Below, one piece after another: positions 38,859 through 52,250 of a DNA stretch of 64,000 nucleotides. The stretch covers positions 247,566,001-247,630,000 of the forward strand of contig NW_027362767.1 of assembly GCF_046119375.1 (NCBI RefSeq), given 5' to 3'. The notes beneath the pieces were generated by a model. It did not search any database and was not told the origin of the DNA. It was given only the letters and a program-made list of their open reading frames with translations. This DNA is from Phyllobates terribilis. Taxonomy: Eukaryota. Numbering within the stretch: position 1 is the stretch's first letter; the number at the start of each line of letters is the position of its first letter. A program made the translations under genes and the position numbers.

Positions 38859-38900
38859 TACACTGGTATAAATGTATAGGATGGATGTAATGCCGAAGGA

Positions 38901-41900
38901 TCAGTCTGTGACCGCCCCGGCCAGCTCCTCCAGTAAGGTCATCTCGCGGGCTCCTTGCTCCGTGAAGTCAGAGCTCAGCTGCCATATTTTCACCACCCCG
39001 CTGCCGTCTCCGGCTGCCAGGAGCCGGGTCTGTGCTCGGTTGAACTCCAGGCAGTGAACTGGTTTCTCATCGGATGTCTGCTTTATGCTGAGTGATGGCT
39101 TTTGAGAGCTTTTTCCAAAATCAAAGAGCAGAACTTCACCTTTTGGCAGAATAATTGAAAGTTATGTTGTGGACAGAGTTCAGTTATCTGAGATTAGGGC
39201 TGAAAGATTCATCGCCGGCCAAATACTGCAGTATGGCAATAGTACAATACATCCTGGTGAGAACGTGGCGCAACCTGCAAGTTCCCACGACACAAGTCGT
39301 GAAAAAAGTCTCACTAAATAGGTATGGTCACATTATGACCCGGCAAGGGCCCCGTTGTCCGCATGTTCTCCATCACTATGGTGCATTGCAATACTCCGAT
39401 CATTGGCCATGTGACTAAGCTCACAGCATATCTACAACCCCAAGACATCAATGACCGAAGTGTATAGAAATTCGCCAAATAATTTAATGGTGTACAACCT
39501 CCTTAGACATGAATAATTCCTCTTACCTTCTCCAGAAGCTGCTGCGAAAACCAAAGGGCGCACTGGAGACCACTGAACGCTAAAGAGATATTTCTGGGAG
39601 AGCTGCAGAGAAGTCAGCGGTTTCTCCTGAAGCATGGAGTACAGGTGAGCGTGTCCATCTGTGCCCGCACTAAGGAAGATATTCCTACAAGGACAGCCCG
39701 AGCGTGATGGTGGTAAAAAAAAATAACAGCTGCTGTTTATAGACAAGATTGGGATATAGAGGTGTAATATATACCTCCAGGAGCATCGTGAGACACCATG
39801 GTATACGCTGCTGCCACTAGGGGGGCAGACATGATTGACCAAGACTTGCGCTTTTTCTCACCAATCCTGATGAGGCATGGTGGAGTCAGACACTCCGCTC
39901 ATGGTGCACGCCTACTCAAGAATCTGGATATCTGACAAGTGGGGTGATGTGGCGTCCCAAAACAGCTTTGCCCATTTCGGCACAGTTGGGAGAAACTGAA
40001 ACACCGAAAGTCACAATTTTTGTGCAAAAATTATCTGAGGATGCAAAGTGTGCACCCTCTGAAATTTAGTAACTGATGAGAAGACCAATTAATGGTCCCG
40101 TGGTAGCACTAACGAGGTCCCCACTGTACTGGTGGAGCGAGACGTGACTTGGAAAGAGGAGTATTTCCTTTGCCATGATGCACCTTGCCCATGGCCATCC
40201 TGACCCGGGGATCTATAGAAGCCTTAGATGCCACTAATCCTTGGTGAAGGCTGTTTTAAAATGATGAAAGGAGAAAGCAAGAGCTCAATCACATGAGCGT
40301 GTTCCATGTGTCGCTCATGTAGAGAGCGCACCCTAGGTTGTACAGGCGGGGGCCGAAGCCGGTTCCATCTGCTGCCAATCAGCGTGTGAGCCATAGCCAC
40401 TATGATGTCATTTCATTACGTCAGCTGTGTATTTGAGAGCGCAGCACACCAGGTCAACGGGAGCGAGGTGACTGTGGCGGTGTTTTGTTTTTTTTTTTCC
40501 CATGTGTATGGGATATTTGTATTTATATAGGAGTCTGTGGGGGGCTTTGTGGTGGCTCATTGTATATAGGGGAACATGCTGTAGCTAAGAGGCTATTTGA
40601 GTGTTCATGCTGTATAAGGGGAGACTATGGAGGCTTACGCTGTATATAGGGAGACTGTGGGACACATTCTGTATATAGGAGGCTATGTGGGGGCTCATAC
40701 GGTATATAGAGAGGCTGTGTATGAGTTAATACTCCCCCCCCCCCCCCCTATACTGTATTAGCATACTTAATTCTGCTCAACATTAAGTGATATAATTATT
40801 TTATATTAATAATAATTGTAATTAACATAATACTGAGCAGAATTAATTTCAGTCTATTGGTTCGGCCCTCCACAACAGTCACGGTCTCTCAGGTGGCCCC
40901 TTGGGAAAATGAATTGCCCACTCCTGCTCTAGAGATAAGTCTTCACCCTGTAGAGGAGGAGAGGAGCTCACATCCAGAACTTCCCACTCTATACTGAAAG
41001 CATGAAAGGAGACAGTCGGAGACCCCAGCTAGACGAAAGACCCCATACACAATGCAAACAGGGAAGTGAGCAGCTGAGAAATCAGTAGGAAAAGAGAGGA
41101 ATGGCTGATGAAAATAGAGGAGTCTTGGAAAAAAGAGCAGGGACTGACCATAGAAAAAGAAGCAGTGGAGGACACAGAGCGGGAACAAGGGAAACTCCAT
41201 CCTTTACAAGGATAACCTATTGCTGAAAAAAAGTCAGGGATGAGTAGCACATGAGAGGAGGCAGTGTTCACCCTCCACATTTGGGAACACATTGTCATCC
41301 CTGTTTCCCACTTACGGGGGAAAGAAGAAAAACAAGCACATAAGATGTGCAGGAGCAGGGGGTTTGTGTGCTGTGAATTCTGCACTATATGATGATATCG
41401 GTGTCTGCAGGACCTGCGGCCTGTGTCACCAGAGCTCCACGCTTTCCTAAGTGTCTGCCTCCTAGTGGCAGCAGCAGAAACCTACAATCTTCTGTCTCCC
41501 CGGTGTGACCTAATGCAGCAGACGGACAGGGCCTGACTTAATAATTCATAAATAATGATCTCTGGAAGTCTAGTGCGACCTTAATCTTATGCAATGTTTC
41601 TTACCTGTGGAAAGGTGAGCAGTCCACACAATAGACAGGTCCTCCGTGGGGGGAGAAGGTAAACTGAGCCGGGGCCCTCAGCGGAATAGAGGAAGGCATG
41701 CTGGTTAGGGCCGTGGTCTGGACGGCCATAGAGCACTTGATCAAGTAGCCACCTTCTACTCCGACGATGAAGATACTCGGATCGAAATGTGAAGTGGAAA
41801 GGCACGTCACCCCCACTGCGGTGTCCCCACGGCCATGCTGCAAGGGTACAAGGACGCGTCACAGATACATCTAATGTGGGAAAAGCCAAGATTTACATAA

Positions 41901-44900
41901 CTCTACAGTGAGATATAGCTAGGTCTGCCGCCATCTGTCACCAGCATTACTGGGCAATGATAAATGTCTGAGGCCAGCAAAACCCTGCGACCCAGAGAGG
42001 CATCCGGGGTGCAAATATCTCCCCATGTGAGGATCCAGGTCTTTCCATCATGGCTTTACACTGTAGGTTCTGCCCTGATGGTTGAGTTATTGCACTATCT
42101 GTGTGGATACGGTCGTGGGGCTCCAGAATGTTACTGAGAAGTGACGATTTGTCTCCCCAACCTTGGTGGATCATGTCCATGAAAAGGACAAGCCAATGGA
42201 GGGGAAGGAATGAGGGTTTGCGGAAGGATGAAAGAGCGACAGACCATTAGGAGAAGAAGGATCAGGTGAGCCAACAATTCCAGAAAGAGGTTTCATCAAG
42301 AAAGCATCAGAGCCAGCATAAACCTGCATACAAAGGCTGAAGACCCCCTCCAGTGTGTGCGGACCCCCTGCCTTAGGGAAGTCTAGTGAACACCAAGGAA
42401 GCAGTCGCAACACTGAATGGAAGAGCCACAATCTAGAAATGGGGGAATGGACTATAAAATGCTGATGAGAAAGAGTGATGGGGACATGTAAGTCCACATC
42501 CATTATCTCCACTGAAGAGACACTGCCCTTGTTCCACGGAGACGGTCACTGATCTCAGGGACTCATTGTAGAAGTGATAGACCCGACCATATCTGTTCAA
42601 TCCTGGACCTTAAGCTCCTCAACAAACAGATCTGTCCCTCCTGGATTCCATAAAAAGGTTTGCATAAAAATCCCAAAAACATTTGATTCGGTGACGAGGA
42701 ACAATCCCTCCCTCCTGTCGTATAGCGTGTACAATAGCTGACAACAGGCGAGAAGTGCGAGAGGGAGATGGTAAAAATCAAGAGTGGCGATAATGTTGGA
42801 GCATTTGATGTTGCCTGAAAAGACAACCTCCCAGACCCAAGAGTAAAGATGTGAGAAAGCCAGACATCTTTAAGAAGTATGTGAACACCCGCCCACCAGA
42901 GCTGAATCAAGGTGGGACTGTCATATAGACCAAAGTGGAGGCATGGGTACGAGAGCGCCAGGAAAGCTGGGTATGAAGGAAGGTGTTTTCTCTTTGTCTC
43001 CTGCTGAATTGAGGGTTCGCAAATGGTCGTCTTTGTGAGTTGGGAGGTGGGGGATCCACTCTTGGTCACTTACACACCACTCCGCCCACAGAAGGGTGCA
43101 ATGCAGACATTTTATGCTCATAATAACAGTGTAGGAACATCAGTGGCGCCATCTAGGAGGGTGACCTGTATAACACAAAGACACCACCTATGGAGTGGCA
43201 TTTGTAGAACGATCGCTGCCTGTGATGATGAGGAAAAGAAGCAGAGTGCGGCCTATTGTGGAAGTTGCGGATGGCTGTAGTAATGCGCTACTCCTGAGGG
43301 CACAGGACGGCCATGTAAGCTTTAGGTTTAGGGTCTGCAGCTGCCTATGCCACCAGTCTTCTGCGTCCCCCAAGGAAAAGAGCGGGAAGAGACGTTTTAG
43401 CATTGCAATTTCCTGGAGAAGACGATCTGTGAGTACCCAGCTTTACACAATAGATGTATATCTGAGCAATATTTCGTCACCTTATAAGAAGGGAGTAACC
43501 CATTAGCTGAAGACCCCTCCAATACCCGACGAGGACAGGCCCACGAGTCTTGTACACTACCTTGCTTATCCGGGAGTTGCTGGCCATTTGCTGAGTGACC
43601 AGAGCGAATCCATTGTGCAGTACGAGCTGTCCCTCCTTTTCCATCTGCCACACAAGGATCTTCCCATCAGAAGAAACACTCAGGACCTGCAGCCGCTGAG
43701 GTTGTGGGACCTCCTGAAGCCATCGAACCTGTCAAACGACAGCGGATGGAAACTGAACAGTGTCTATAGAAAATATGTGACCACAGCTGTGCAGACTCTC
43801 ATCCCCTGCGGGATAATTGACAGATTTGTGTGTCTAACCTTACAGTACACACAGATAAAGATGTCATATTAACGTCCATCAATACCTGGTAGACGGCGTC
43901 CATATGGCTGTCTATTGAGAGCCCAGTTCTTCCAATGAGCGGATCATCTGCACGACTTGTGTCCCACACTAGAACCTCTCCATTAAAGAGACCACCTGAC
44001 AAGAGGGAGAGATAGGGCTAATGTACAGAAACTAATGCAGCAGAGCTGGGTTTGTCTCAAACCCCATTAAAGAATCAATCGAAATTACAAATTCAGCTCC
44101 ACTACATCTGTAGGTTGCAAATCAGTTTTTATCCTCCCAGTTGAGTGGCAATCATGGACGACAGCTGTAGGGGGCAACACTTACATCCACAATGTAAACC
44201 CAAGTGTCATACATTTGCACCTACCGGCTATAAGGGACGGCCTGGAGGGATGAAATGCCAGACACATGACTGAACTGGCCACATCTAGGACAACATCGGG
44301 GCGATTGGGGTCAAAGCCTCGTCGGTCCAGATTCCACGTGCACACGTAGGACTTCTCAGAGCTCCAGTCTCCATCTCCTAACCTGAAGATGGCAAAGAGG
44401 AAACCAAAATAGAAAGCCAGAAGTGAGCCGGCAGCATCCCTCCAAGTAAAAGGAATGGTTTGTTTTACTGCAGAGAAAACAAGCAGCAAATCATTAAAAT
44501 TGTGAAAACTGCAGGATGCTGTGCGGAGTTCATCACCCAGATCAATCTCCAGCCTTTCCTGCTTTCTCCTGATCATAAATCTAAGCTTAATTCTAGTTTA
44601 ATTAGATTACAAATTGACATAGATCCATGTTAAGGTCTGGAGATGGAAATGACAGGATGTCCCAGCTCTCAGGACTGACCCTGATCAGCATGAAGCAGCT
44701 TGCAATGTATTGCTACACGTGTAGGCAACAGAAGCATAATGGGTGCAACCTAAAAGACGATGTCTATGGCCTGTAACACTTGCCATCCTAGACAACAGCT
44801 GTGTCTCAGATATCAGTACCTCACCTGCCGTAGGAACAGGCAATGACAGATCCTGTGGAGTTCCAGGTAACACTGGTGACTTGGAGATTTTCAGCCACGG

Positions 44901-47900
44901 CATCAGGATACTGTAGACTGTGCAAGCAGGACACCTGTATATATAAATGAGGAAGGAGAGATGAAAAGATGTCACTTATAGGCAGCAGAGGTTCTTGGTC
45001 ATTCCCAGGCCCTATACAGATATTCCTATCAATTACCAAGTACGTACTTATGCACGCTCGACTCGGCTGAGTGTGCATGTGTTCTGAATGGGAAAAGGGC
45101 AGAAAGCCGCAGCCAGACACCTCTAGTACTGGCGTATCTTCCCCAAGAACATCAGCCCAAACCTTCAATCAGCCGTTTGGTTCAGAAAACATTAATCAAC
45201 TGTGTATGGGCAGCTGACGACTGGCGGTGCCCGGGGAGATAAACTACCAGTTTCATCTTCTAATCTTACATGATACAGTGAGGATGGCATAGGGATAAGA
45301 AAGCCCATTACTATACACTGAGAAGTAGACTTTTCTTTACTATTATGGTCTTATCTTAGTGTAAAGGCCCCCGCACACATCAGACTAACATCGGTGGCTC
45401 GGTCGACAGTGTAATGTGTATGGAGGCCCCCGAACTCTTCCCTGACAGATTATGCTGGGTCAGATAAGGAGCCGGCATGGCCAATATTGGAGTGCCTTAT
45501 CCTTTCGTTCTCAGAAAGGTACGTTGCCGCTAGAGGAAACGGACAGCAGCTCTCTCATAAGAGAAACCCGGAGACGACAGATAGAGGTTCGTTCGGCCGG
45601 CAGCTATCTATTGTGTATGGGGCACCCAAGTCCCAGCACCGGCCCCCCAACTCTTCAGGGGAGATAAGGGACAAACAGCTTGAATTCACACACTTCATCC
45701 TTTAGTTTGCCAAGTGGATAAGTCGCTGGCAGATGAGTCTTTTGGCAACTTACCTCCCTGTCCTCACAGAGAGCTATGGAAGCTCAGCCAATCCGTGTGT
45801 TCATGTGTACGGGGCGTCGGGAGTGATGGCTGTCAGCCACATGTTATCTAAGGCCTCATTCACATGTCATCTAATTCATGCTGTAAAAACCGTGGCAGCA
45901 TGAATCAGAGTCTGGGTGCATGACTGAGCAGCTTCAAGAAAAATATAGTTAGCGGATCTGGCAGGAGAAGAGACTAGTCCGGCCCACCCCGGACAGCTCT
46001 TCACAGCGCAGCTGTAGGTGATTGACAGGTCTATCTATATGTACAAGAAGAAGAAACCTGTCAAAGCCCAGGCCGGTGACGGCACCCGACTAGTCTTGTC
46101 TCTGGCTATGGTCCCCGGCATTTTAGAGAAATATGTCCCAGGCTGCAATCATCAGCCAGGTTCTGATTCATGCTGCCTGTGGTTTAAGCAGCATGAATCA
46201 GATGACATGTTCCCTTCAATATCAGGTCAGCCAACACCTGGCACCACAATGAACAGCTATTTGCAGCTCAACTCTTAAGGAAATGAATAGGAGCTGAGGC
46301 ACAGTACTAGAGAACGGCTACTACATACATCAGGCCACCACCTCTGCTGCAAGTGGCAGATCTGTGGGGGTGCTGGGTGTCGGACCCCTACCAATGTGAT
46401 ACTGATTACCTATCCTGTGGATACGTCCTGTGGATAAGTCATCGAGATACAAGTTCAGGAAAACCCTTTTTAATTACCTGTGGATTCTGTTCCTCCCAGG
46501 TCACTTCAAAGCCATCGAAAGCATGACTTCTCCAGTTCTTCTTCAGCTCTCGGATCATGTTGTCTTCCACGCGTTTCAGGAACTGTCCTACATCAGGGTA
46601 ATCGAGAAGAGGTCCAAGGTCGACATCTAGAACTCGCTGGTCCGGCTTCCACTCGGTCTGTGTGCCGGCCTCAATGGCTTCATGCACCTGCACAGAGGAC
46701 TCCAGACTGGCAATAAGACGAGTCTGGCAGCTTCTCTAAAGAAAGAGAGAAACACACATATATCACTTATACAGAAGGAAATAGAACTGATATGGAAATC
46801 AGATCTAGCACCACCATATTCTGCAGCGCCGTACACCGAATGTAATCACTCTCATCAGTAACTGTCTCCAGTGTCTGATCTACACGTGAACACCAGATCG
46901 AAGTATGTGGCAGCTGGAGAGATACAGAAGCAGAGAACCCACAGAAGACCCACTGAAAGGGAACATCTCGTCACCTCGTCACAAAGACCTAATGTTTAAA
47001 TCAGTTGTGTTACATCTATATACAGTAGATAACACAGGATTCACTATTCACAGTAGGTGATGTCACAGCTCACCTCCTCCTCTCCTGTACAATGACTGAT
47101 AACACCTCTATATACAGTAGATAACACGGGATTCACTATTCACAGTAGGTGATGTCACAGCTCACCTCCTCCTCCTGTACAATGACTGATAACACCTCTA
47201 TATACAGTAGATAACACAGGATCCACCATTCACAATAGGTGATGTCACAGCTCACCTCCTCATTTACAATGACTGATAACACCTCTATATACAGTAGATA
47301 ACACAGCATCCATAATTTACAATAGGTGATGTCACAGCTCACCTCCTCCTCTCCTGTACAATGACTAATAACACCTCTATATACAGTAGACAGGATCCAC
47401 CATTCACAATAGGTGATGTCACAGCTCACCTCCTCCCCCTCCTGTACAATGACTGATAACACCTCTATATACAGTAGATAATACAGGATCCACCATTCAC
47501 AATATGTGATGTCACAGCTCACCTCCTCCCCCTCCTGTACAATGACTGTTAACACCTCTATATACAGTAGGTAACACAGGATTCACCATTCACAATAGGT
47601 GATGTCACAGCTCACCTCCTCCTCTCCTGTACAATGACTGATAACACCTCTATATACAGTAGACAGGATCCACCATTCACAGTAGGTGATGTCACAGCTC
47701 ACCTCCTCCTCTCCTGTACAATGACTGATAACACCTCTATATACAGTAGACAGGATCCACCATTTACAATAGGTGATGTCACAGCTCACTTCCTCCTCCT
47801 GTACAATGACTGATAACACCTCTATATACAGTAGATAACACAGGATCCACCATTTCCAATAAGTGAAGTCACAGCTCACCTCCTCCTCTCCTGTACAATG

Positions 47901-49607
47901 ACAGATAACACCTCTATATACAGTAGATAACACGGAATCCACCATTCACAATAGGTGATGTCACAAATCACTTCCTCCTCCTGTACAATGACTGATAACA
48001 CCTCTATATACAGTAGATAACACAGGGTCAACCATTCACAATAGGTGATGTCACAGCTCACCTCCTCCTCCTGTACAATGACTGATAACACCTCTATATA
48101 CAGTAGATAATACAGGATCCACCATTCACAATGTGATGTCACAGCTCACCTCCTCCCCCTCCTGTACAATGACTGATAACACCTCTATATACAGTAGATA
48201 ACACAGGATCCTCCATTCACAATAGGTGATGTCACAGATCACTTCCTCCTCCTGTACAATGTCTGATAACACCTCTATATACAGTAGATAACACAGGATC
48301 CACCATTCACAATAAGTGATGTCACAGCTCACCTCCTCCCCCTCCTGTACAATGACTGATAACACCTCTATATACAGTAGATAACACAGGATCCACCATT
48401 CACAATAGGTGATGTTACAGCTCACCTCCTCCCCCTCCTGTACAATGACTGATAACACCTCTATATACAGTAGATAACACAGGATTCACCATTCACAATA
48501 GGTGATGTCACAGCTCACCTCCTCCTCTCCTGTACAATGACTGATAACACCTCTATATACAGTAGACAGGATCCACCATTCACAGTAGGTGATGTCACAG
48601 CTCACCTCCTCCTCTCCTGTACAATGACTGATAACACCTCTATATACAGTAGATAACACAGGATCCACCATTTCCAATAAGTGAAGTCACAGCTCACCTC
48701 CTCCTCTCCTGTACAATGACAGATAACACCTCTATATACAGTAGATAACACGGAATCCACCATTCACAATAGGTGATGTCACAAATCACTTCCTCCTCCT
48801 GTACAATGACTGATAACACCTCTATATACAGTAGATAACACAGGGTCAACCATTCACAATAGGTGATGTCACAGCTCACCTCCTCCTTCTGTACAATGAC
48901 TGATAACACCTCTATATACAGTAGATAATACAGGATCCACCATTCACAATGTGATGTCACAGCTCACCTCCTCCCCCTCCTGTACAATGACTGATAACAC
49001 CTCTATAAACAGCAGATAACACAGGATCCACCATTCACAATAGGTGATGTCACAGCTCACCTACTCCTCCTCCTGTACAATGACTGATAACACCTCTATA
49101 TACAGTAGATAACACAGGATCCACCATTCACAATAGGTGATGTCACAGCTCACCTCCTCCTCCTGTACAATAACTGATATCACCTCTATATACAGTAGGT
49201 AACACAGGATCCACCATTCACAATAGGTGATGTCACAGCTCACCTCCTCCTCCTGTACAATAACTGATAACACCTCTATATACATAAACATAGCTGTATG
49301 GGGGGTTACGGCTGTGGCTATTAGGTGCACCAGACAGACACAATGATCGGTTACTTCAGCCGGTACAGGTACGGGGGTCCTCCGTCGTTATTATGGGTCA
49401 CTGTGGCTGGTGTCGTTATGGGGGTCTCTGACTATCACTATTATGTGTCACTATGGCTGTTATGGGGGTGCTATGATGGGGTCTCCCCCCAAATGGCCCA
49501 CAGTCCTGGTGACAGGAGTAACTCACGGAGTCACATCTCGCCCCCTGAGATTTCCTCCACACAGACTCCGCCGACACCACATCCGCGACCTCATCTACAA
49601 AGCTCAT
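38901..49607 (-). CDS. DYNC2I2: Cytoplasmic dynein-2 intermediate chain 2 (WDR34), WD40 protein of retrograde IFT; 9 exons, 1515 nt, 504 aa
   Basis: Exons (minus): 49607-49527 [27 protein letters not shown]; 46735-46478 RSCQT...[18 protein letters not shown]; 44934-44825; 44382-44225; 43995-43886; 43728-43561; 41837-41605 ...[16 protein letters not shown]; 39684-39527 ...[14 protein letters not shown]; 39139-38901 ...[17 protein letters not shown]...AVTD*. All introns are GT-AG and the frame is open. Synteny SPTAN1-WDR34-SET supports the call. Confidence 0.96.
40730..40930 (-). mobile_element. Partial hAT-like MITE end with internal hairpin
   Basis: Reverse complement begins CAGGAGTGGGCAATTCATTTTCCC. 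Internal inverted pair TTAATTCTGCTCA / TGAGCAGAATTAA. The other terminus was not found. Confidence 0.4.
42000..43120 (-). mobile_element. Degenerate DIRS-type (tyrosine-recombinase retrotransposon) reverse-transcriptase relic
   Basis: Minus-strand motifs appear in the expected order across frameshifts: VGG...[27 protein letters not shown] (42648-42673), ILDLKLLNK (inverted, see findings), ESLRSV, DLHVPI..SHQHF (42477-42495), [13 protein letters not shown] (42385-42423). Boundaries are approximate. Confidence 0.75.
47010..49285. repeat. ~90-bp tandem satellite, about 25 monomers, in WDR34 intron 1
   Basis: Unit CTCACCTCCTCCTCCTGTACAATGACTGATAACACCTCTATATACAGTAGATAACACAGGATCCACCATTCACAATAGGTGATGTCACAG, with period 90 between 47161 and 47251 and variants of 85-93 bp. 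Confidence 0.98.
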
Positions 49608-50310
49608 GGTCCGAGCGGGTCACCGGCGGTCACCGCTCACTCGCGTTACCTCGGCAACCACAAGCTGGTACTAGCGGCGCGGCTGATGACGTCACAGGCG
49701 CGACATCTTGCAACGCCTAACGCCTCCACACCAGGTTATTCCAAATTTTATTCTTCATCTGAAAACTGAAGACTTCTGAAATGCAGATAGAAGCAATACA
49801 TCAACAGGACAAGCGATATGTGCATAACTACGCGTTTTAGGTACGCCATTGAAGAAAGTCACCTCTAGTGACACACCGGTTGCCATCTTTAAAATGGGCA
49901 GACTTATAGGAACCGAGTAGCTGTATCGAGATGGACACGTTGAGTGTTAAAACACCGAAGTCCTTAAATCCACCGACAAGTTCATGAGAGAAAAAATTGC
50001 TTTAAATGAGATTATCGGGCGCTTGGCTGAGAAATGCGTGCCAGTAACAAACATGGCGCTTGATAGATTTTGCCATGTGACAGAGCTAGAGCATGATGGG
50101 TAATTTCAAGCCACAGGGGTCCATTTAGTACTGCAGCCTCCATTATTACTTTCACGTGGTTCAGTTTAGATTATGTAGCACAAGTGCCTGTAAATACATT
50201 GTCCAGTAATAATACATGTAATAAAGACAATAAAATCCAACCATATCCTCAACTATGGAAGCCGATAACTCCACCCAGAATCTAGGCTTAATATGCGTTG
50301 CTATGGTGAT
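49608..50310 (-). promoter_or_regulatory. DYNC2I2 promoter: X-box, CRE, YY1-like and ZNF143-like sites
   Basis: CpG-rich 49500-49760. GTTACCTCGGCAAC 49645-49658, TGACGTCA 49687-49694, GCCATCTT 49882-49889, TACCCATCATGC (minus) 50091-50102, GTTGCTATGGTGAT 50297-50310. Confidence 0.7.
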
Positions 50311-50559
50311 CTCATTCAAAACTGCGTTGCAAACTTGCACTCGTTAACCGTGATCAGATTGTGCAATGATTTCCAAAGGCTTCAACCGATTTGGATCTTT
50401 TGCAATTATGAAATTGCGAGTGCATGACATCACATGTACATATATGATCTCAGAGACCGACATGACACAAGATATCGCCAGGCAAAGCGTAGTGCATCAG
50501 CACACCTCCCCTTACCATTATCACAGTGTAATATTGCTTTATGGCTGCCACGCTGTACA

Positions 50560-51060
50560 ATTTCCCCACACCGCCCATGCACACAGTATAATACTCCACG
50601 CATGCAATGATGGCCCTACAGTGCCCATTTACTTACAGTATGATGCCCCCACAGTGCAACCCCTAGAGGGCTGTCTTTACTGTGCCCCCTTAACATATTG
50701 TAAAGCCCCACAATGCCACCCCATACAATTATGTCCCCAGAGAACCCCACACACACATTATGGTGTCCCCAAATTTTCCCTTTACACACATATTGATACC
50801 TCCAGTGCCCATCACACAATGATGACCCCACACATACTATGATGCTACCAATTCTCCATTACACACATTATGATGCCCCCAATTCCCCCACACATATGAT
50901 GCCTCCAGTGTCCCCAATGAAGCACTCACTCAGATTATCATGCTTGTAATTCACCCCCCATACACAATACCCCACACACAATGATGCACCCACTCACATT
51001 ACAATGCCCCCAATGTGTGTCCCCCACACACAGTGATGCCCTCCCCACTAGTATGGTGCC
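50560..51060. repeat. Degenerate A/C-rich low-complexity repeat
   Basis: Recurrent TGATGCCCCCACA / CCCCACACACA motifs without a fixed period. Confidence 0.6.
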
Positions 51061-52250
51061 TATACTAAGAAAAATAATATTCTCCTAGCCCCGTTCCAAC
51101 GATTTGCAGAGCAGATTTCCGCTCTGTGATTTGTTTGTCCTGGTGCAGGACATCTCCGCACCTCCTGCGCCGAGCCTCAGACAACACAGGTGAATAATGG
51201 AGCGGGGAGAAGAAACAGCAAGATGAATATGCGCCTTAATCACCGTAAAGCCTTGTTGCCCAAGGCCCCACTACCGGCTCCTGACATCCCTTTTTCAGTC
51301 AGAAAATATAGTATTACATGGCCTCCTTGTATTAGTTTTTCAGAAATTGTTATTCTGACCAAAATATGAGGGTCCCAGGCAAGAGATGCCTCCTTTCTTC
51401 CCCAGGACATCCATAAATTCTAATCAGAACACTCTCCTGGAGCATCTAACCCCCAGAGATAGTGAGACACATTTGCTGACCCATCACTGCCATCATCAGT
51501 ACTCCAAATGAGTACAGTCTGATATCAGTGCAGCTGAAGATCAAGGAAAAGTAGTTATTTAGAAGCTTTTTACATAAATTTTTTTTACATGAGTGAAGAC
51601 AAATCCCTAAATAAAGTGCTTTGCCAAGTGTCATAACTTTCCTGCCCGACAAAATAACAAAAAAACTTTTAGACGACCCCCATAACTATCTGTATGATAG
51701 TGAATAATTAAAGCCCAGGTTGGATCTGCAGAACGCCAAAGCACCCTGAATCCTGGGAAACCCAAAGTTATAGTGTACCTGGACCCATCACATGGGTCTT
51801 TCTGCGGTTCAACTAGACCGAACCTAAATTCCCATCGAACCCTAAGTGATCTTTCTATCCCTCCATTGTATTCTTGTATTTTTATGGTGCAAAAGGGTTC
51901 GTCAGTGACACCATTGAGTGCGCACGGAGGGTGTCCATTGTGATTGTAAGTTTGCAGAACAAGGGCCTCAATTGTTGTTCCCTATATAATAGACCCGACC
52001 TGAGCCAAGAGTTGTGACTCCACTGCTTCCAATTTATAGGCAAGTACTAAATCTATTCTGATTTTTACCCATGTGAATGGGCATTGTCTACTACGCCCAA
52101 GGCAATATAGGGTATAATGACTGTATGGTATCATGAATCCTATTTGGGGCGAACTGCAATATAGGTCGCAGCCTATGGGCAGGACTGGCACTGTTTCTGA
52201 ACAACACCTTTTATTCTCAGCTTCAATAGACCCCAAAATGAGTATGGCCT

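Noticed and set aside
40940-41400. Purine-rich stretch with ORFs as a retroelement gag relic
   Set aside because: No diagnostic motif could be recognised.
47010-49285. Regular repeat array as CRISPR, or its 30-aa-repeat ORFs ([26 protein letters not shown]) as a protein gene
   Set aside because: Monomers are contiguous with no unique spacers, there are no cas genes and the DNA is eukaryotic. The ORFs arise because the period is a multiple of 3 and they are broken by frequent indels.
50041-50106. ATGATGG/GTAATT as a SET upstream micro first exon
   Set aside because: The same bases form a ZNF143-type site (TACCCATCATGC on minus) in the WDR34 promoter, which is the simpler explanation.
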